Positions 24,801 to 37,529 are shown, counted from the first letter of the whole stretch. The stretch: 61,664 bases of DNA, filler included, from Choristocarpus tenellus KU-1152 (GCA_964200185.2; 9 parts of 9 records of this genome joined end to end with filler, not necessarily neighbours in it), one strand, 5' to 3'. Numbers and translations are program-made. The notes: generated from the sequence alone by a model not told the origin.

Positions 24801-27800
24801 CAGATTGCACTCCAATTATGTTTCCAATTGTCTGGGGCACTCTGATTTAAAAGGTATAATCACTTGAAAGAATCATGCAATGCAGAGTCTCCCTGTGCTG
24901 TTCTCCACCATTTTCACATAAGGTTCATGAAGTGATTATGGTCTCTTGTGTACTAACTCCTAAGTATTGCTATAGGGAGCAAGTCCTATACTACAGTTTC
25001 ATAAAATACCTTTATGAACTTACACTGTGTAATATTTATTCTGTTTAATTATCGGGGTGTTCTATTATTGTAATTTTGTTCTTATTAGTTCAGTTGTATA
25101 GCAGAAAGTGACCACCACAGTTCGGTCTCTTGTCAAATCTTAAGAGTATTCCAAGATTACGGTCCATTAATGAGGGTCATCATCAAACCATTTTCTTCTT
25201 GCACATTTCTTGATCCCAACGTCACACAAGGACCCACTTGAGCTTAGTTTGAAGAGTATGACTGCACCAAAGTAGTGCAAACTTCTAACATACCAAAAGG
25301 ATAGGTTATTCTGTTTTGTACTAGGTGAGAAGCAGTTCCACTGTATGGTACAATGTTTCGTTCAATTCAATTGTTGCCATGTTGAAGATTTTTTTGTAGT
25401 GTATGAGGCTTGATCTTTGATGTTTTGTGTTGTATTGAGAGCTATGCCAAAATGTGAGGGTATGAGACCCAACAATTAAAGTTATGTCAAACTCATCAGA
25501 CTTACGTTGTTCTTGTGTTACCCTCAATTCAAAGAAGTGGACAATAAGCAATCTGCAACTCGATGCTCACAATACCTGGAAGAGGAGGGATTTTATTGAT
25601 CGTATGTCCCTTCTTAACTGTGTAGCAATATCAGGCACGTATTAGTTGTACCATACCTTTTACTCTTAATGTAGTGGTACTGTATCCTGGTCTACCTGAG
25701 TTGTTACACTGTTGCTTCATGCCCTTGAGGTGAGCAAAAAGAGTACATAAACACAGCGCCTAAACATTGCACGTATATTTGGCTTCCCTGTCCCACTTTC
25801 TCCCCTTATGACAGATCAATCAGTCCCAAGTTATGACGACTCCTCATGGTCCCTGCTCCATGGCAACACTCCTTATGAGTCACCTATGAACTCAAGGGAG
25901 GTCTCCACAGGTGTTTTGTCTGCCTCTACCAGTGCCACTACCGCTACAAACAAGGAGTTGTGCCAGCAGCTGGAACATCTTAAAGAGAAACAAGCTGCCC
26001 TGCAGGAGGAGCTGACAGAGGCACGATTAGAAATTTCTGCACGGAAACACATCACTGAAGGTAGACGTGCATCCGAACTAGGGTCGTTGAGATGTAGGAT
26101 GGCCAGCAGCAGCAACAGTTACACGAGCTGTGGTGGAGTCAGCACAGGGGTCAACAATGAGGTCGGTGATGGTGACAACAGTTGTGAGCCCACAATAGCA
26201 CAAAAGCCCCTTGTAGAAAAGTCACCACCCGTCACACCATTGGCTACACAAATGTTCCACGCCAAAAATAACAGCTTTGAGCCAAACCATAGCTCAGGCA
26301 CCAAAAAGACTCTGGTCCAAGAATCTCAGGTGCTTCTTGATACGCAAGAAGTCATTTTGGGCCCTAGCTCCTACCAGACTCATTCTGTTTCAGCCGTGGC
26401 CATTGCTGAGAACATACAACCTCAGGCAGATGGATTGACAAGGTTGGTCAGCTTTACCTGTGCATGATCTCTCCTGCCGTCCTTGTTTCACAGGCAATAT
26501 GTTGATCCATTGAGTTGTAGTGGACTGGTCTTGTTTAGGAGTAAAGAATGCCGTCAATATTGGAAATTGTATGTCAGGGAGGCTATATTTTGCGCCCTCC
26601 CTTGCTACCTTCTTGTGCCTGCTGAACTTCATTGGAGCATAAATTACATTCTACTTGTAACTTAGTATTAATATTGAAGGGAGATATAGGTACTGTTCTT
26701 GAATAACCTAAGTCCTCTTTTTCATTGCAACCTTGGTCGGATCCTCCCTGTAGTCACTTGCAGGGGTTCACCTATTTCCACAATACTGCTTATCATAGTT
26801 TGACATATCTTATTTGCAGGAAGATTAATTTCCTGGCACAAAATCTATCTCGTCCTTGCCAACTAGCAGTAGTGTCACTCTGCATCTCCACCTAATTCTT
26901 GCCCACATGCCCACTATATATCAATAAAAAAGACCGCTCAGCTCAGGAAAAAGCAGAGTGAGGTTGGACAATCATATACCCAAAATGCTGGTCAACAAGT
27001 CCAAAGAGAAGGAGACTAAGCATTTAGAAGATCTGTTGTCGGATGAGAAAGGGTGTGACATGGAGATTGACTGCATCGCTGGAAAGGCCACAAGAGAGCC
27101 ACCTGCAGCATCAGCCAGCTCGGGGTTCCATAACAATATGTTCTGTGACCGGGGCCAAGGTGACAGAGATAAAGGAGTAGCAGAAGAGGTCAACGAGCTC
27201 AACAATTATCACAAAGAACACCAATTGGGAGGAGCAGTGGTGCACCTTGATATACTGAGAGAGAGGGAAGAGGGAGGAGGAGGCATCAAGGAGGGTGCTG
27301 ACGGACAAAAGAAAGAGGACAATGAGGGTTTGTCTCCTCTTTCTCAAGAGTGCAGTCACAGCCAGAGAGAGTTGATTAAAGCACTCAGGTGCCAGGTATC
27401 AAAGTATCGCTTCCTGGCTGAAAAAAATGTGTCTATATCAGCAAGGGAGCAGAACCAACCGAGGTCACATCTATCCTCTGATGAGAGCTCAGGGAATGAC
27501 GGAGTTTATGTCCAGAGACTGCACCGTACAATGGAAGTTATTGACACCGGCAATGAATCTAGCAGTGGTAGAGGGAATGACAACAACCTGTCGGCAGAGG
27601 AACTTCAGCGCAAGGCACAAGACACCCAAGACAGGCTAGAAGAGGCCAAAGCGCTGCTGAGGGAGCGCCAAGCCACGATCTCCAAGCTGCGTAGAAAAAT
27701 AAGGCAGCTGAGGGGGGAGGCAGGGCTGGGTATGTGCTCCTCGGACTGCTTTCCAGATTTGTCACTGATGAACTTGGTCAGCAGTGAGGAGGAGAAAAAT

Positions 27801-27923
27801 GGCTGGATGAGATGGATGTGGCGCTTCTTGGCTGGTTGCAGAGAGGGCAACTTAACTGATATTCGGGATGACATTGATGAAGGAGTGAGCTGGAGCTCAA
27901 GTACTTCTAACCCAGATTATTAG
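21879..27923 (+). CDS. Five-exon coiled-coil protein (~752 aa) with HAP1/TRAK-like CC1-box segment; exons 21879-22042, 22229-22571, 22908-23049, 25815-26442, 26942-27923
   Basis: All four GT..AG introns join in compatible phase (2,0,1,2), giving a 2259-nt open frame. Heptad-rich segments; LKDKDGDLKTAGIIGQRLL at 22482-22538. The last acceptor could instead be at 26933, and extra exons in intron 3 are not excluded. Confidence 0.75.
23417..23681 (-). mobile_element. MITE family E, diverged, intronic
   Basis: Reverse-complement match to 15020-15277 (TTTCTATGGATGAAGT..TAAGTTTGACTTGAG..TCTGGGTACCT..TACTTTGACT). Confidence 0.7.
24473..24729 (+). mobile_element. MITE family A, intronic
   Basis: GAGCCAAAGTATCTTAGAGGGTAG ... 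TACCCTCTAAGATACT; extreme right end degenerate. Confidence 0.88.
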
Positions 27924-30007
27924 GTAGCACCAACACCAGACCATACTGAGCGATAATTGAAGATCTGACGTTCCGGCCTTGCATGCAGCCATGCTCATTT
28001 ATGGACTCACTTTGCGTTGTTACAGCAATAGACTCCTTCACATTTTGTGTACAATGTACAGCAATAGTTAATCTTCTCCAAATAATAAGATTCTCCAGAT
28101 AATAACATACTCTGTTATGAGTAGCGATTGGATGCCACAAAAAAAATTCCCTGTGAAAAGAACAATAGATGCATCACCATGCTGTGCAAGCATCTTTTTT
28201 GTCTTGTCCCCACTGCACACACACGTTTCTAGCATGTACACATATGGTGACACAAGCAGGCTAAGGATAGGTAGTATACAGAGAAAATAACAGTGGAGCA
28301 ATCACAGGGCATCCAATTCACAACCCCTTGTCTAGCGGGGAAAGAGGAAGTGACTCTGTGGCTTACGTACGCCAATAGAGTAGTTTAATTTACGAAAGGA
28401 GGCAGAGGTGCCACAAAGTCACTGACAAGACGAACGTCCTACTTCTGCTCGTGGTTATCTATTTGAGAGGTGTGATTACAAGAGATACATTTACAAATTG
28501 AAAGGGCAGGCTACTTCACGTTTTTTCCCCTCTTGTTTCAATTCGTTTTTGCTCAGGTTTTCTCCTTGGTGCAAAATGTTCATCATATTTTCCCCCAGTT
28601 CCTCCATCTTTCCTTTGGCATTACCCATGCTAGTCTGGACTCACAATACATACTGGAGTGCATGGTTAGGTCAATGTTTGTCATGACATACATCATCAGT
28701 AACAACAATTGTGGGAAGGGAGCCTCACCATATTGATCTAAGGTGCAGTAGTACACTATCAGCACCTCAAGTTTAGGCTATAGAGCGCTTGGATGCTAAA
28801 TTTCGACACATGAAGATATAGGAGATACACGTGTGTAGTGCGATAGTACTTGTGTCCATAACAGGCGATCTATCCCAAATAGTAAGGAAGACGCAAATGA
28901 AAGGAAGTACGATAATAACTAAATCTGTGGAATATATGTTCATCTCATCATGGGCAATTGTTCGTGCTCCTGAGTCTCCCTCTTACATGTATGCTGTCCT
29001 ATGTACAGTACATGGTGTTCCTGTGACGATATACTCACACTTTAATACTATGCAGGATGCACCAACCAACCCAGATCGAACATAATCCTACCACACAAAC
29101 CGGCCATATCCATACAATAGAAATTATTTCCAGATGGTGTTACAGTCAGTAAAGTCTATTGTTCAACCTCATCCAATTGGTTTTAAAGTTTTACGTAAAT
29201 TTAAATTAATATAGCCACTAATAGTACTCACAAGATAGCAGTTAACTACCACATCTTCCCCTTCCTGTTCGACAAAAAAGACAACTATCACAAACCTGAT
29301 TGGTCTCCAAATTGCCCTTCAATCCCGTAAATGTATCGTATAAAAACAAAGAAATGAGTAGTATCACATAGAGATGTGGGTCCTGCGATTCTTCAACTCG
29401 TGTTTGATCGTGAAATCATAAGCTTGAAGTGCAATAGCCAACGAGTAAGAGTGGTTTGTTTCTTCGTGAATTTGAATTTCTTTGTGTTTGTTTGGATTTT
29501 TTTTTTTCCAGTGAGTTCAATACCTTGTTTTCTTCTCACACAAGTTTGACCTGAGGAGTCTCCTAGGATCCATAATTGTTTTCTTGTCAGCTCTCAAGAG
29601 TTGTTTGAGCTAAGAAGGAGGGTGCTCGATTGCACTCTTCCAACTAACTCTATCGGACAGTTACGGCAAAATATGTATGGAGTATGAGAACAATCATTAG
29701 TGATTAAGTTATCAAAACCTTTTACTAGTGATTAGCTATATGAGAACATTTCTCATATAACAGGAAATATTTCTGATTTTTTGGGGTGCTGCATGCCCCA
29801 CTTAGCTTTAATCAATCACTCTACAGGCATCAAGCTATCTCGCTGGGTTTATCATCTTTTATTCTCTTGGATGATTTGGGTGATACTTGAACAGACGATG
29901 CTGTGATGAGGTGCTAATTATGTAAATGTGAGCAACGACCAGTAGTACCGATGTGCGAATCATCAGTCAATATGAACTGGTAATACCGCATCGTATCATA
30001 TGTATCA

Positions 30008-30226
30008 GAGTCAAAGTGTCTTAGAGGTTATGACAGCGTCCATTTGGGGCCAAAATCCAATGTTGCCATTTTGATATATTTTTGGCTGTCTTGTTTATTA
30101 GGAAGTGTCAGTATCCTTGTTCCGGACACACCTTTTCATAGCGTACACATTTTACCTACTCCGAAACATTTTGGGTTAGGAAAATGTAATAAAAAATCTA
30201 TGGGAGGCCAAGCCCCAAATGGACAA
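30008..30226 (+). mobile_element. MITE family A, 3'-truncated by an inverted A copy
   Basis: GAGTCAAAGTGTCTTAGAGG ... CCCCAAATGGACAA. Confidence 0.85.
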
Positions 30227-30487
30227 GAGTGAATGTATCTTAGAGGGTTCGAACGTTGCCTGTTTGTCCGTTTGGGGCTTGACTCCCGATGTATTTGTTA
30301 TGACATTTTCCTACTACTCCAAAATGTTTCGGAGTAGTTAAAATGTATACGTAATGAAAAAGGTGTACCTGGAAAAAGGATATTGACACCTTTTCATCAA
30401 TATGATAACCAAAATTACATTAAAATCGCAGCACTGGAGTTTGGCCCCCAAATGGACGCGGCTCTACCCTCTAAGATACTTTCACTC
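30227..30487 (-). mobile_element. MITE family A, inverted
   Basis: GAGTGAATGTATCTTAGAGGG ... TACCCTCTAAGATACTTTCACTC; flanks ACAA/TCAA. Confidence 0.85.
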
Positions 30488-30773
30488 TCAAGGACGCAAA
30501 AGATGAGTAGCCTATGTTTTAACATGTATGATTGGTTCCACTACGACAGCAGCGTCAAGGGACGGGCTATCAGCAGTTGTGTACGTACTATGATTTCACG
30601 ACAAGCTGGTGTATTGTACTGTTTATGTAAATGGACGGGTACAAGGCCAAACGCATGTTGCACACTCAGCGCAGAGCACAAAGGAGCAGCATTTGTATCA
30701 CGCACTTCTTATTTGGGACTCTTTGTCATGTGATGTCTTGCTGGAATGATACACAAGCTATTGTGGAATGAAA

Positions 30774-31034
30774 GAGTCAAAGCAATTAGGAGGGTAGGAG
30801 TTTTGGCCTGTTTGTCCGTTCAAGGCTTGGCTTCCCATGGGATTTTTTATGCCCCTTTTCGGTTTTCTGTGTGGAGATAGCTACCTAAAATGTATATATG
30901 ACTATGAAAGGTGTGTCCATGGCAAGTATATCGACACTTGCTAACAAATATGATAGCCCAAATTCATCAAAATCACAACATTGGATTTATGACCCGGAAC
31001 TGACACGACCCTACCCTCCTAAATGCTTTCGGTC
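30774..31034 (-). mobile_element. MITE subfamily A2 (AAAGCATT-type TIR)
   Basis: GAGTCAAAGCAATTAGGAGGGTAG ... CTACCCTCCTAAATGCTTTC; paralog at 46798; interrupts the Gypsy frame. Confidence 0.8.
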
Positions 31035-31437
31035 AGAGACGTTGTTCTTGCCAATCAAGGATTGTACCAAAGGCCTGCATGACACTATTATCAACCAGTA
31101 TTTCATTTGGACTAAATTGGGGAATCGCTAAAGCTTCAACGGGCAATGCGGTGTCACCAAGTTTAAGTGCAAAACGAACAAATCCACGACTATGCAGTGG
31201 TGAACCATTAGCAATACTTATCTTTATTGCACCAGGTGGAAGAGGATGCAAATCGAAACGTTTGGCTTAAAGTTGATTGCGAATAAATACCTCTGAAATA
31301 CATGGTACATCATTTGCTGCGTCAATGGTTGAGTCATCTTCTTCGTGTTCTTCAACGATGCCAAATACACAAACCCTTTGTGATGAAACGAATAAAGATT
31401 TTGCAATAGATGAGTATTTGCACAAAGTACTATTGAT

Positions 31438-31495
31438 GATCCAAAGTATCTGGGGGGGGGGGGGGGGGGGGTAGACACCGGGGTGGCTTTTGGGC
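31438..31495 (-). mobile_element. MITE family B end, broken at poly-G
   Basis: GATCCAAAGTATCT followed by a G-run before the linker. Confidence 0.7.
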
Positions 31496-31522
31496 CGGTA
31501 AAGAAAAAATATCATATCATAA

Positions 31523-31622
31523 NNNNNNNNNNNNNNNNNNNNNNNNNNNNNNNNNNNNNNNNNNNNTTAATTAATTAANNNNNNNNNNNNNNNNNNNNNN
31601 NNNNNNNNNNNNNNNNNNNNNN
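31523..31622. other. Artificial contig linker
   Basis: N44-TTAATTAATTAA-N44. Confidence 0.97.
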
Positions 31623-34567
31623 TCTTTCGTTGAGTATCTCATGAGAGAACACTGAATTCACATCACATCATTCTGGATTGAGCAACCAAGAATAATGCAA
31701 TTCACATCGCATAATTCTTGACTGAGAGATCAATGACCTCAGTTACAACAGAATAAATACATCGGTGCTTTGCAGCATAATCACACCTATCCATAACATA
31801 GCCTACGCATATCACTCATTGGTTCTTTGCAACACCATGATTCCTCATCGCTCGTAGTCTACGCATTTTGCTTACATGTACGATGCATTTGATTCAGGTT
31901 TCAACATTTAACACAATGCAGTTAGAAATATTGCACAACTTATATGCCAGCTGCTTTTAAACTTCACACCTACTTGTTGCTTGCCGGAGGGCTTGACAAA
32001 TAATGAAAAGGTAGATGTAAAAGTTGAAACCAAGTATTGCTCAGCATATGGTAGGGCACAAGGAGGTCCGAGATCAGGGGTATCAGTAGAACAGCATGCA
32101 CAACCAAAGACAATGGATTGTAACGCCGCGTGAGATTTATGGGTCCTTTACATAGAGGGCAGAATTGACAAGGCTCTGTGAGGGATTGAAGAAGATATTT
32201 TCAAAGCCCAATACCCCCCTCTGACTAGGAGTCCACTCTGAACAAGGAGGCGCCCATGTACTAGCTACCCACAGCACAACCAACCAACACACTATACATT
32301 ATCGAAAATGGTCCACGGAGAGGGGGAAGAAGTTCCTACAACATGCAAGTGTTTCAACGCTACAACACCACAAAGCACAAACACAAGACGAGATGTATGG
32401 TGACCAACTGCAGGAAGACACTCAGAGTGGGAGCAAGACTTTGATACAGTCACCAGAGTTATCACCTTCCCGCCTAAAAGGTAGCATCATCGTCATCCAA
32501 ACCAACGATGAGTGCCATGAGATCAAACAGCCAAAGGAAAATTCCACATACCCACAACAAATCTTCATCACTGCCATCGACACAATTTGTCATAATGTCA
32601 TGTACAACTCTCGGTCACCTGCAAAGGAGACCGCTGGCGCTATTCAGTTGAATCAACCAGCTTTCCATGGAATGGTTCGACACATCATTGACGTCACTTC
32701 AATCAACAGGGAACAGTACAGGTTCAAGGCTCGTATCACACCAAATGACTGTTCCACCAGTCAGTTCCACGCCCACACTCTACACTTGATACATTTATGA
32801 CACAAAACACGACACAAAACGAAGCATTTTTGGAAAGGGGGAGTGTCATACCAAGAGTTTCGCCACCCCTTGCCTGAGAGCATATGGCTCCATTATCAAT
32901 GGCATTCAACGCCCACACACAGAGACGTGTCGCCTAACCTATAATAAATGAGTCCCCACTTCACAGACTTGTTCTTGTGTCGTTGCGATCATTTTCATGA
33001 TTAGAACAGGGTAACTAGCCCAAGCAAACCAAGATGCCAGTCAAACACAACTGAGCCTTCCCCGTTTGCTCTCTACTATTAGCCTATTCCTATATGTGCT
33101 ATTGCAGTACCTACTCCGTACAGTAGAACAATATACAGGAGTGTATGCTTCTCAAAGTAAGCGGTACCCCTACTGCAAGTGCTATATACTTGACAAGTCC
33201 CAAGTCTACACATGTCGCCTCTCTCAAACCAAGTCCTATGCATCATGGCCTTTCGGGCTGCATCATTGATCACACCACAGGGAAATATCTGCCCACCAGT
33301 TGTGTTGATCTGTATCCAACCCACGAGGTGCATGGCAATGGAGTAGGAAAAAAAAATCCCCTTTTGGATCCAATACCTCCTTGACCTCGCCCCACCCTTG
33401 CACCCACACCTCCCTCTATTCACACATAAAGCAGATACTCGAAGCACTGAAGGTTGTACTTGCCTCTGCAATAGGATGTACAGCTGGTAATACCACAAGC
33501 TGGACAGTGACAAATTATCTACCACGTACGTGTACTCCAATATACTGCTGGACAGTGTATGTCAACACTGGCACAGGATGTGACCTGCTCCAAATGGGCG
33601 AAGTGTCTCGCCACGTAGGCTCTGTACACATTCCGGATGACACGGCAGGCTTTCTTTGTCCTGTGAAGCTTCCGGTGGTGCATTGCCTATTGAGAGTGGG
33701 TTTTCCCATGGGTTTAGGGTGGGGGAGGGCGAGGGTGCGTTTCGAGTCAAGTGACACCAGATGCAGGGAAGGGTGAGACCACACGCATTCCAAAGGCTAG
33801 GTGTTGTACCCAGGTGTCATCTTACAGCAATGATGGAACCTTGGGTGCGCAACGGACAACACAATGTATGGAAAACGGCAATGTGCATCATCTCTTGTAC
33901 TACAAATAACAACTTCACACTTCATACTCAAAGCACGACCTTCCCTAAATGAAGGATGTCACCTCTCTCTTCAACAAGGTCACCACCAATAGTTGATGAA
34001 ACAAGGATATACCGGATACTTGGGGTGGGAAGGGCTGCAAAGAAGAAAAACTATTCAGTGTTCTGCTCATAATCAAGGTGGACTGCACTGATGCGTGCCC
34101 AGACATGCTTGAGGCCCCCAAGCTAGACCTGACAAATCATCTGCTTATACGGCACTACAACATCATCAACATACCAGAGTTCAAGGGCATTTTCGCTTCA
34201 AATAACCCTCACAGGGTTGAAACACTGCCGCAACTGTCAATTTCAGTATGGTAGGAGACCTCTCTTCGACGTTCTTCTTAAAAAGAAGCACCAATAATAT
34301 CAAAATTCTAAAGTAAATGGATAGATTCTGCAACTTGCGTCTTTACTAAGACAGTAGGCCTTGAGTTAGAAGTACAGCAGGAGCCCCAAGCTCTCCGCAC
34401 CTCCTGCTGCAATAGCTGGGTTGAAGTGTTCTCCTGTAGCTACTACTTAAGCATCGCCTTCTTGTCTTGCATCACCTTGCATCACCTGGCACTCCTCTTC
34501 CAGCTTTTTCTTTGCCTCCACAGAAATACTGGCATCTCCACCACCAAGTGATGACGTTTCCACATCC

Positions 34568-34829
34568 AAGTGAAAGTATCTTCGAGGGTACAAGTTTTGC
34601 CCTTTTTGTCCGTTTAGGCCTTGACTTCCCATGTTTATTTTTTATGACACACTTTCCTCATCGAAAATATATCGGTGTAGGTAAAATGGATACGTTATGA
34701 AATGGTGTGTCTGGAATAAGGATATGGACAATTCCTAACAAACACGATAGCCAAAATTACATCAAAATAGCAACATTGGTTTGTGGTCCCCAAATCGACG
34801 CGACTCCACCCTCTAAGATACTTTCACTC
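34568..34829 (-). mobile_element. MITE family A
   Basis: AAGTGAAAGTATCTTCGAGGGTAC ... CCCTCTAAGATACTTTCACTC. Confidence 0.88.
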
Positions 34830-35327
34830 TACGCCCGCCAGTATCCTTCGCCTTGCACATTACAAGCATCGATGTTCGGAGTGTTCGTAGATAGTGCTGC
34901 TGATACACGTAGACACCACCGGTGGATTAGATAATAGGATGGAGAGCCAGTAACAGATATATTACATGTACTGACTCATAGTGTTGATTGGTTTTAGATC
35001 ATGTTCAAGATACACTTCCTATACATCAGATAAGTAAATAAGTAATTCATAGTAAATTAGTGTGGACGGTTACAAACCCCACACTATAGATTAATGATGG
35101 TAGTTAAGGCTAGAGTATGACCCACGAGCTCAGTCAGCCGAATCGAGACCACAAAACCCTTGTAATATTAACCCTACTCAACATCAAGCTGTTCTTTGTC
35201 CTTCATTAAAGCACCATAAAAGCCGCGGGTCCAGTGTGGGATAGTTCAACACGCTACGTAGCGGACCGAATATTCCTGGGGGACGTTGTGCGAAGCGACA
35301 AGACTTGTAGTGAGCATTGTGTATAAG

Positions 35328-36712
35328 ACATCTGCCATGAATGCTGCCAAGATCACATCACTCCCCACGTTTGCCGGAAAGCTGGGCGAAGACTTCTACT
35401 CCTTTGCTGTGAGGGCTCAGGCCACGCTCGGAGTTCATGACCGTGTGACAGCTCTTCGCGAACCTGACATTATCTGTGGGGGGCCCATCTGGGCAGTGGA
35501 CACCGAATCATTAAATTCGCAAAGTGATGAAGACGAAGATGTGGAGCGACCTCCAACAGTACCTGTTCCTGATGTGGGCAGCAACTCGGAGCTCCAACTG
35601 GCAACTAAGTGGGCGAGGAAGGCATGGCAACTGATGCTGTTAATGCTACAAGACCGAGCCCTGCAGAGCCAAAGTATCTTAGAGGGTAGGGCCGCGTCCA
35701 TTTGGGGGCCAAAATCCAATGCTGCAGTTTCGATGTATTTTCGGTTATTGTGTTTGTTAGGAAGTGTCAATACCCTTGTTCCGAACACACCTTTTCATAA
35801 CGTATACATCTTACCTAATCTGAAACATTTCGGAGTAGGAAAATGTCATAAAAAAAATATGGGAAGCCAAGCCCCAAATGGATAAAAAGGGCAAAACTTG
35901 TACCCTCTAAGATACTTTCCCTCTGGATATATTTATTTAACCTGGGTCTCCGAGCACAGGGTGGCGCGCCCTTGATGCGGCGTTTATGCCAAAGACCCGT
36001 CAGGAGGCCAGGCGTGTACGCCAGGAGCTTGATCGTCTGACTTTTGATGACAGGAAGGACCCACCTCTAGGTCTTACAGAACTTTCGCGACTAAATACGA
36101 GACTGGAGTCAATGGGCGAGGTCATCACAGAAGAGACGAAGGAAGGTAGCTACTATCCTCAACAAGCTGGGGGAGAATTACTCCCAAGTCAAGAGCTTCA
36201 TAGACTACGGGGAGACCAAGACGGTGCAGGATGTGGAGAAAATGATGGTGGCGAGATTTAAAGACCTGCAGGCGATTAACATGGGCAAGACCACTGGTAA
36301 TAGTCATGCTTTGATTGCTAGTGCGGGAAAGAAATCTTCAGGCAGAAAGGGTCGTGGGAAGGGGCGCATAGTCTGTTACTTGTGTGGCAGAGATGACCAA
36401 GTGAAAGGTGACTGCTCCAACCTGGACAGGGGACGACACGTAGGTGCCTCTGCAAGAATGGGGGAAGATGAAGATAGAGATGGAAGATGCGCAAGGTGCC
36501 GGGGGATAGGACATGACTATGATGAATGTCCCCTGACCCTTCGGGCAAGGGAGAAAACCAGAAAACCCCCAAGAAGAGGGGAAAACTATGCCAATATGGT
36601 GTCGACAGCTTCACCTCCGTCATCCAACCAAGAGGACCTTGCTGATAGGATAGAAAGGTTAGAAGGGTTCATCGGCTCCTATTTTGGTGAATCTGATCGC
36701 TATTCCCCATGA
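35328..36712 (+). pseudogene. gag: Copia-type gag (UBN2-like core plus two zinc knuckles), disrupted
   Basis: LPTFAGK..FYSF, WRALDAAF, ILNKLGENY motifs; knuckles CYLCGRDDQVKGDC (H replaced by Q) and CARCRGIGHDYDEC. Lesions: MITE insertion, TAA at 35938, frameshift near 36140. Confidence 0.8.
35666..35923 (+). mobile_element. MITE family A inserted in gag, TSD TGCA/TGGA
   Basis: Both TIRs present; removing the element plus 4 bp restores the gag frame. Confidence 0.92.
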
Positions 36713-36937
36713 CTGTCTTCTTTTTTGCTTGTCTTTCTAAATGTTTTAATTTGAGTTTGTCCCCCATCTCTTGTGTATTTTTGGTGCATACCCACAGTAG
36801 TCAAGTGACAACTGTGATATTTTTTGCAGACTGACTGTAGTCAGGGAGAGGTTTTTCTCATTTTTTGTGTGTATGGTATTTCAGTGATACGTCAATTGTT
36901 TAGTACTACTTTTTCCAAAGATTCACTTAGGCCTGAC

Positions 36938-37490
36938 ACTAGGGATATTTCCAGGATCGTGAGAGACGCTGGATGTATTGCTAAGGACCCTGCCATTTCA
37001 TGGATTGTAGGAGACGCAATGGGACATCGCTAAGGACCCAGAGTAGAAAACACCCCAGGATGTGTTTGTAGATATTGTGACAGGATAGGTAGGAAATGAC
37101 AGTTCCACTTTATTACTTTGTTCCGAAGATTTGTAGTGGTGATGTACTAGGGAAGTTTCGTTGATTGTAGGAGACGCTGGATGTATTGCTAAGGACCTTG
37201 CCATTTTATGGATTGTGGGAGACGCAATGGGACATCACTAAGGACTTGCAGGAGAAGTACCCCATAATATTTCCACTGGAGACTACTATAGGGAAGTAGA
37301 CATGAGGTAGTATCTGTGTTCCAGTGATATGCAGTAGTGATGTACTAGGGAGGTTTCGTTGATTGTAGGAGATGCTGGATGTATTGCTAAGGACCCTGCC
37401 ATTTCATGGATTGTAGGAGACGCAATGGGACATCGCTAAGGACTTGCAGGAGAAAGTACCCCATAATGTTTCCACTGGAGGCTGCAGTAG
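36938..37490 (+). repeat. Array of three ~100-bp conserved repeats (36938, 37146, 37344) separated by ~100-bp more variable spacers
   Basis: Core GATTGTAGGAGACGCTGGATGTATTGCTAAGGACCCTGCCATTTCATGGATTGTAGGAGACGCAATGGGACATCGCTAAGGAC; periods 208 and 198 bp. Confidence 0.9.
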
Positions 37491-37529
37491 GATAAAGGTT
37501 TAGAATTGATAACTGATGTTTTTGTACCT

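Larger units (their letters stand above)
29395..31437 (-). pseudogene. Ty3/Gypsy pol relic (aspartic protease to RNase H end) carrying three MITE A insertions
   Basis: Retropepsin-like IDAANDVPCISE..ISIANGSPL..VEALAIP..ILVDNSVM..LDWQEQRL continues as SFHNS..IPARH across the MITE at 30774. LTRW(A)IALQAYDFTIKH (frameshifted) lies at ~29400-29450. Confidence 0.65.
34882..37529 (+). mobile_element. Copia-type gag-only LTR retroelement (TR-GAG-like); 5' LTR 34882-35251, 3' end cut by the contig end
   Basis: 370-bp TGTTCGTAG...TTCAACA LTR homologous to the LTR pair at 56446/57918; gag relic, then a repeat array. The last bases match the sibling element's 3' region; no pol motifs. Confidence 0.8.

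Noticed and set aside
32150-33700. Possible second Gypsy pol relic on the minus strand
   Set aside because: Only faint RT/RNase H-like fragments and no intact diagnostic motif; needs a frameshift-aware HMM search.
35286-35885. 199-aa ORF as a novel protein
   Set aside because: It is a chimera of the gag N-terminus reading into MITE A. Many other short ORFs (e.g. 30044, 34707, 47151, 57099) are likewise MITE translations.
36938-37490. CRISPR or hammerhead-ribozyme reading of the LTR-element array
   Set aside because: Repeats of ~100 bp are too long, spacers are partly homologous, there is no cas gene, and I saw no CUGANGA..GAAA core.
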